A DNA stretch of 64,000 nucleotides from Candidatus Rokuibacteriota bacterium (GTDB lineage: Bacteria > Methylomirabilota > Methylomirabilia > Rokubacteriales > DASRDR01): contig JBIOVM010000195.1 of assembly GCA_044867785.1 (NCBI GenBank), forward strand, positions 10,506-74,505, in the 5' to 3' direction. The translations under genes and the position numbers were made by a program. The notes under the pieces are model-generated. The model saw only the letters and a list, made by a program, of their open reading frames with translations. It was not told the origin of the DNA and searched no databases. Below, piece by piece: positions 59,063-64,000 of this stretch (position 1 is its first letter; every line of letters starts with the position of its first letter).

Positions 59063-59554
59063 ATGAGCGAGCGCGATGCGGTGCGGGGTCATGCGGTCGT
59101 CGTCCAGCCGGGCGCCGGGCCGTCCTACTGGCAGCCCGAGCCCGCCAACGGGCACGCGGATCCCGCGCTCCACCCGGCGGTCACGCGCTTCGAGGGGCTG
59201 TCGATGGGATACCAGACGATCGCCCCCGGCGGGCGGATCCGCGAGCACTCCCACGGCGACCAGGTGGAGCTCCAGATCTGCTTCCGCGGCCGGGGCCGCG
59301 TGCTGGTGAACGGCGCGAGCCACGCGCTGGTGCCGGGAACGGCGTGCTTCCTCGGTTACGACGTCCGGCACGAGATCCTGAACGAGGGCGACGAGGAGCT
59401 GGTCATGCTCTGGATCGTGTCGCCTCCCGGCCTCGAGCACTTCTTCCGGGCGATCGGCCGGCCCCGCCGGCCGGGCGAGGCGGCGCCCGAGCCCTTCGCA
59501 CGGCCGGCCGACGTCGTCGCGATCGAGCGCTCGCTCGGCCTCAACGACACGTGA
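59063..59554 (+). CDS. cupin-domain protein
   Basis: GGAGGAGG RBS. Cupin motifs (HSHGDQVEL, G...H). Confidence 0.7.
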   Translation: MSERDAVRGHAVVVQPGAGPSYWQPEPANGHADPALHPAVTRFEGLSMGYQTIAPGGRIREHSHGDQVELQICFRGRGRVLVNGASHALVPGTACFLGYDVRHEILNEGDEELVMLWIVSPPGLEHFFRAIGRPRRPGEAAPEPFARPADVVAIERSLGLNDT

Positions 59555-59826
59555 TCGAGGCACGGCCACACGCCCGGCCGCCAGTCCCTCCGCGTCCGGG
59601 CCGGCACGAGCGTCGACCTCGTCCTGGCCGCCGACGCCTGCTACACGCGCGAGAACATGGATCGCGACATCCTCCCCACCGTCCTTTGGGACGCGCCGGA
59701 GATGGCCCGGTCCTCGCGCGCCTGCGAGATCTCCGCGACCGCCAGGGCGTCACCATCGTCTTCGGCCACGACCCGGCGCAATGGGAGAAGCTGCCGCGGG
59801 CGCCCGAGCCCTTCGCCGCCGGCTGA
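59555..59826 (+). pseudogene. remnant of an MBL-fold N-acyl-homoserine-lactonase-like gene (C-terminal roughly 90 codons, frameshifted)
   Basis: Directly after the cupin stop the same frame encodes HTPGRQSL...LVLAADACYTRENMD. After a 1-nt frame change near 59710, another frame encodes LRDRQGVTIVFGHDPAQWEKLP. Both pieces align with the C-terminus of AiiA-type lactonases (HTPGHQSL...IDASYTKENFE...IVFFGHD). No N-terminal HxHxDH region is present. Confidence 0.55.
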
Positions 59827-59853
59827 CGTGATCCCGGCGAGGACGCGCAGACG

Positions 59854-60231
59854 GTGAACGTCGTCACCTGGTCCGTGGCCCTAGTCCCGCTGGGGTTGGC
59901 GGCGAGCCGGTGGGCGGCGACGCGCCTCGCGCCGGAGGTGCCCCCGCGCGCCGCGTGGCTCGTGGGGGTGCCGGCGTTCCTGCCGGCCTGGCTCGTCGCC
60001 TTCGTCTCGCTGCTCGGAGACGCCGGCTCGGCGGCGGGCGCCCCGCGGACCGCCTTCCTCGGCGCCTCGGCGGCCGCGATCCTGGGCGTCGTCGCGAGCG
60101 ACTGGCTCCACGCCCGCGAGGAGCGGAGGGGCGCGGGGTCGCGACGGCTCGTCTGCTGGCTGCTCGGCGCCGCGTCGCTGGGTCCGGCGTGGCTCGTGGC
60201 GCTCGCCCTGGCCGCGCGGCTCGGGCGGTGA
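59854..60231 (+). CDS. hypothetical small membrane protein
   Basis: Four predicted hydrophobic segments; GTG start. Confidence 0.35.
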   Translation: MNVVTWSVALVPLGLAASRWAATRLAPEVPPRAAWLVGVPAFLPAWLVAFVSLLGDAGSAAGAPRTAFLGASAAAILGVVASDWLHAREERRGAGSRRLVCWLLGAASLGPAWLVALALAARLGR

Positions 60232-60297
60232 GCTGATCCGGCACGCGTGTATACTGATTGCGTCAACCCCGCACACCGAGCTGGCAAGGGAGAGAGA

Positions 60298-60525
60298 ATG
60301 GCACGCAAGAGCGCGAAGACCCCCGTTCCCGCCCCCGAGCAGACCGCGGAGGTGTCCACAGGCGATCGTGACGCCCTGATCGGCGCGTTCCAGGCGGGCC
60401 TGATCACCGCGTGGAAGCGGGACGCCGAGCGCGGCTATCGCCTGACGTTCGCGGGGTCCCGGGACGAGTACGTGGAGGTCGGGAAGCTGACGAGCTACCT
60501 CGGCAAGCTCAAGCCGAGCGCCTGA
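60298..60525 (+). CDS. hypothetical small protein
   Basis: ATG with an AAGGGAGAGAGA RBS. A TATACT -10-like element lies 45 nt upstream. Confidence 0.45.
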   Translation: MARKSAKTPVPAPEQTAEVSTGDRDALIGAFQAGLITAWKRDAERGYRLTFAGSRDEYVEVGKLTSYLGKLKPSA

Positions 60526-60564
60526 GCCAGGGGCGGCCGGGGCCACCCGGCCATCTCTCGAGCG

Positions 60565-60603
60565 CCGGCGCAGGGCTTCGGTCCTGCGCCGGTTCCGTTT
60601 CTT
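60565..60603 (+). terminator. intrinsic terminator
   Basis: 10-bp perfect stem CCGGCGCAGG/CCTGCGCCGG with an 8-nt loop, followed by TTCCGTTTCTT. Confidence 0.6.
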
Positions 60604-60818
60604 GGGATCGCGCCATTCCGGAAGTCCGACGATGTTCGTGCATCCCGGCAGGTTCCGGGTTATCATGACCGACGTCTGGTTCTGACCCGCCGGTTCACCT
60701 GGAGCCCGAGTCCTTCTCAGACCGCGCAACCCCGCCCCTGCTTCCGCACGGTGGGACGCGACACGAACACCGCGGAAGACTGGCCGGGCCCAGGCTTGCC
60801 CGAGAGGATCCACGCTCC

Positions 60819-62066
60819 ATGTCCTTCAACTCGTTCGACCTCCACCCCGATCTCCTGCGCGGTGTCACCGCGCTGGGCTTCGAAACTCCCACCCCGATCC
60901 AGCGGGACGCGATCCCGCCCATCCTCGCCGGCCGGGACGTGCTGGCGTGCGCCATGACGGGAAGCGGCAAGACCGCGGCGTTTCTCTTGCCGGTCCTGCA
61001 GCGCCTCCTCGGCCGGCCGCGCGGCGTCACGCGCGCCCTCGTGCTGGCCCCGACCCGCGAGCTGGCGGCCCAGATCGACGAGCACCGCCGGGAGCTCGGG
61101 CGCTATACGCGGCTCACCGGCGCGGCCGTCTTCGGCGGCGTCGGCTACGCGCCGCAGGAACAGGCGCTCCGCCGCGGCGTCGACGTCCTCGTCGCCACGC
61201 CCGGCCGCCTGCTCGATCACCTCGAGGAGCCGTACACGCGCCTCGGCGGCCTGGAGGTGCTGGTCCTCGACGAGGCGGACCGGATGCTCGACATGGGCTT
61301 TCTGCCGGACATCCGCCGCGTCCTCCGGCGCTTGCCGGCCGCCCGCCAAACGCTCTTCTTCTCGGCGACGATGCCGCCGCCGATCGTGGCGCTCGCGCGC
61401 GAGATCCTGCGGGAGCCGACGACCATCGCCGTGGAGCGTCCGGCGGCGCCGGCCGTCGGCATCACCCACAGCGTCTACCCGGTCGCCTCCGAGCTGAAGT
61501 CGCGGCTGCTCCTCGCGCTCCTCTCCCGGCCCGCCACCCGCAGCGTGCTCGCCTTCACGCGGACCAAGCATCGCGCGAACCGGCTCGCCGAGTTCCTGGC
61601 CCGGCACGGGATCCGCGCGGAGCGCATTCACGGGAACCGGAGCCAGACCCAGCGGACGCAAGCGCTGGCCGGCTTCAAGGACGGTCGCTACCAGGTGCTG
61701 GTGGCCACGGACATCGCCGCCCGAGGCATCGACATCGAGGCCCTCAGCCACGTCGTGAACTTCGACGTCCCCGCGCTGCCCGACGAGTACATCCACCGCG
61801 TCGGCCGGACCGCGCGGATGCACGCGCGCGGCGACGCGCTCACCCTGGTCGCCCCGGGCGAGGAGGCCGACCTCCGCGCCATCGAGCGGGCCATCGGCAC
61901 CCGGCTCCCCCGCCTGACGCTCCCGGACTTCGACTACGGCCAGGGAACGGGCGAGCGCCTGGAGATCCCGCTGGCCGAGCGCCTCGCCGCCATGCGAGCC
62001 CAGCGCGCCACCGCGCGCCGGAACGCGGTGGACCGACGCCGACCCGCGGCCGGAGTCACCCGGTAG
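60819..62066 (+). CDS. DEAD-box ATP-dependent RNA helicase
   Basis: Q-motif, Walker A AMTGSGKT, DEAD box (VLDEADRM), SAT, and HRVGRTAR. Confidence 0.9.
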   Translation: MSFNSFDLHPDLLRGVTALGFETPTPIQRDAIPPILAGRDVLACAMTGSGKTAAFLLPVLQRLLGRPRGVTRALVLAPTRELAAQIDEHRRELGRYTRLTGAAVFGGVGYAPQEQALRRGVDVLVATPGRLLDHLEEPYTRLGGLEVLVLDEADRMLDMGFLPDIRRVLRRLPAARQTLFFSATMPPPIVALAREILREPTTIAVERPAAPAVGITHSVYPVASELKSRLLLALLSRPATRSVLAFTRTKHRANRLAEFLARHGIRAERIHGNRSQTQRTQALAGFKDGRYQVLVATDIAARGIDIEALSHVVNFDVPALPDEYIHRVGRTARMHARGDALTLVAPGEEADLRAIERAIGTRLPRLTLPDFDYGQGTGERLEIPLAERLAAMRAQRATARRNAVDRRRPAAGVTR

Positions 62067-62069
62067 ACG

Positions 62070-63080
62070 TCACCCCGGGCGCGCGACTCCCGGGGGGCAG
62101 CAGTCGCGAGCGCACTCGTCGGGCCTCGGGCCGCTCGCCCCGAGCGCCCGGCGCTCGCTCCCCGCCACGCGCTCGTCGAGCAGCTCCCGGATCATCCGGA
62201 CGAACGCCGGGTGCGTCCCCGCGGTCCCCGCCCTCACGAATCCCAGGCCGAGCGCGGCCGCGCGCGCCCCCGCCTCGACGTCGAGGTCGTAGACGACCTC
62301 CATGTGGTCGGACACGAACCCGACCGGGGCGACGACGACGTCCGTCGCGCCTTCGCCCCGGAGCGTCACCAGGTGGTCCAGCAGGTCGGGCTCGAGCCAC
62401 GGATCCCCCGGCGGCCCGCTGCGGCTCTGGTAGACGAGCGCCCACGGGAGGCGCGGAGCCCGGGCCGCCACCAGCGCGCACGTCTCGCGGAGCTGGGCGA
62501 CGTAGTCCGAGCCCGCGGCCATCGCGGTTGGGATGCTGTGTGCGGTGAAGGCGATCCGCGCGGCCGCGCGGCGGCCGGGCGGCAAGGACTCGATCGCGGC
62601 GCTCAGCCGGTCCGCGTTCGCCTCCACGAACCCCGGATGGTCGTGGAAGCCGCGCAGCTTGTCGACGACCGGCGCCGCGGGCCCGACCTCGGCCCGCGCC
62701 CGTGCGATGTCGTCGAGGTACCGGCGGCAGCCCGAGTGGGAGCTGTATGCCGAGGTGACGAACGCGAGCGCCCGGCGGACGCCGTCGGCAGCCATCGCGC
62801 GGAGCGTGTCGGCGAGAAAGGGATGCCAGTTCCGGTTGCCCCAGTAGAGCGGCAGGCGCGGGCCGTGCTCCGCGAGCTCTTCGCCGAGCGCCCCCAGGAG
62901 CGCGCGGTTCTGCGCGTTGATGGGGCTCACGCCCCCGAAGCGCTCGTAGTGGCGGGCCACCTCGCGCCTCCGGGCCGGTGGGACCGGGCGGCCTTGCAGC
63001 ACCCGGTCGAGGAAGGGCATGACGTCGGCCATCCCCTCCGGCCCACCGAACGACACGAGGAGGAAGGCGTCGTACGGCAC
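62070..63080 (-). CDS. hemH: ferrochelatase
   Basis: Ferrochelatase profile (LLVSFGGPEG..., YQSRSGP, GFVSDHMEV). Probable GTG start at 63080. Confidence 0.8.
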   Translation of the reverse strand: MPYDAFLLVSFGGPEGMADVMPFLDRVLQGRPVPPARRREVARHYERFGGVSPINAQNRALLGALGEELAEHGPRLPLYWGNRNWHPFLADTLRAMAADGVRRALAFVTSAYSSHSGCRRYLDDIARARAEVGPAAPVVDKLRGFHDHPGFVEANADRLSAAIESLPPGRRAAARIAFTAHSIPTAMAAGSDYVAQLRETCALVAARAPRLPWALVYQSRSGPPGDPWLEPDLLDHLVTLRGEGATDVVVAPVGFVSDHMEVVYDLDVEAGARAAALGLGFVRAGTAGTHPAFVRMIRELLDERVAGSERRALGASGPRPDECARDCCPPGVARPG

Positions 63081-63231
63081 GTCAGCAGCCGAAGCGTAAC
63101 ACGCTCCCCGAGGACGCGGGTACACTAGGCGGGCCGTCGCCGGCTCGTGTCGCGGGGCGGCTCGCCCCCACCCGTGCCCGGGCCGATCGCGTGGACCAGC
63201 CCGGTGTGAGACAGACAGGAGACCCGGTCCG

Positions 63232-64000
63232 ATGACCGCCCCTGCCCGCCCCCTGGTCGTGGTCGCCGGCAAGATCAATCCCGCCGGCGTGGCGCAGCTC
63301 GAGTCCGAGGCGCGCGTCACCATCACTCCGGACCTCGAGCCGCGGACCGTGATCGAGATGGCCCGGGAGGCGGAGGGCATCCTGTTCCGCGCGGGCCCTC
63401 GGTGCGACGACGCGATCCTGGGCGCGTGCCCGCGCCTCCGGGTCGTCGGCCGGCACGGCGTCGGCCTCGACACCGTCGACCTGGAGGCCGCCACCCGGCA
63501 CGGCGTCGCCGTGGTTCACGCTCCCGGCTCGAACTCGCAGGCGGTGGCCGAGCACGCCCTCATGCTCATGCTCACCTGCGTCAAGCGCACGCTGGAGATC
63601 GACCGGATGACGCGAAAGGGTGACTGGCGGGCCCGTCACGAGATCGTCAACACCGAGCTGGCGGGCAAGACCCTCGGGATCGTCGGCGTGGGCAACATCG
63701 GACGGCGCGTGGCCCGCTTCGCCGGGGCCATCGGGATGCGGGTTCTCGGCTACGACAAGTACGTCCCCGCCGAGGAGGTGCGCCGGCGGGGGGCGGAGCC
63801 GGTCGGTAGCCTCGAGGAGCTCCTGCCCCAGGTCGACGTGCTCACCTGCCACACGCCGCTCACCCCCGAGACGCGCCACATGATCGACGAGCGGGCGCTC
63901 GCCCTGCTCCACCCCGGCGCGATCTTCATCAACACCTCGCGCGGGCCCGTCCACAGCGAGCGCGCCCTCTTCGAGGCGCTGACCCGGAAGCGTCTGGCGG
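63232..64000 (+). CDS. D-isomer-specific 2-hydroxyacid dehydrogenase (SerA-like); 3' end beyond the window
   Basis: AGGAGA RBS. NAD-binding GIVGVGNIGRRVA and catalytic-region motifs. Open to the end of the sequence. Confidence 0.8.
   Translation, partial: MTAPARPLVVVAGKINPAGVAQLESEARVTITPDLEPRTVIEMAREAEGILFRAGPRCDDAILGACPRLRVVGRHGVGLDTVDLEAATRHGVAVVHAPGSNSQAVAEHALMLMLTCVKRTLEIDRMTRKGDWRARHEIVNTELAGKTLGIVGVGNIGRRVARFAGAIGMRVLGYDKYVPAEEVRRRGAEPVGSLEELLPQVDVLTCHTPLTPETRHMIDERALALLHPGAIFINTSRGPVHSERALFEALTRKRLA

Noticed and set aside
59541-60813. Minus-strand ORFs (288 and 310 aa) across the cupin, lactonase-remnant and small-protein region
   Set aside because: Low-complexity Arg/Ala/Pro composition, antisense to plus-strand genes with RBSs; considered artefacts.

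Overview
This is a 64-kb window from a high-GC (about 70%) bacterium. It is probably a Gram-negative (diderm) organism, because the window contains a TonB-dependent receptor, TonB and sigma-54-type promoters. Coding density is very high, with about 70 genes, and many adjacent genes overlap by 4 nt (GTGA or ATGA), which indicates translational coupling.

Main content, from start to end:
- A signalling neighbourhood: peroxiredoxin, GAF-PAS histidine kinase, a YHS-domain protein, a GAF-GAF-GGDEF cyclase, two tandem paralogous secreted peptidoglycan-binding proteins with sigma-54 promoters, a hemerythrin and a hybrid sensor kinase.
- tRNA-Val(CAC).
- Housekeeping genes: a CysK-family PLP enzyme, a Mut7-C RNase, pyrD, radC, tsaE, nnr and acpS.
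- The conserved ftsH-folP-cdaA-cdaR-glmM cluster, followed by hpt, a SPOR-domain protein and argS.
- A roughly 10-kb minus-strand cobalamin salvage and uptake supercluster under two cobalamin riboswitches: riboswitch, cobU, cobT, btuF, btuC, btuD, then riboswitch, btuB, cbiZ-like, cbiB, tonB.
- A polyamine-type ABC importer (potABCD-like).
- A hydrolase-rich island carrying two Dpp/Opp-type substrate-binding-protein plus permease sets that have no ATPase genes. The island also holds amidohydrolases, an M24 peptidase, an AstE/AspA deacylase, an LLM oxidoreductase, a GAF protein, a cupin and a remnant of a metallo-beta-lactamase (MBL)-fold lactonase.
- A DEAD-box helicase, ferrochelatase and a partial 2-hydroxyacid dehydrogenase.

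No CRISPR array, transposase or prophage gene was recognised. Many long, arginine-rich ORFs in the six-frame track are antisense or alternate-frame artefacts of the high GC content.
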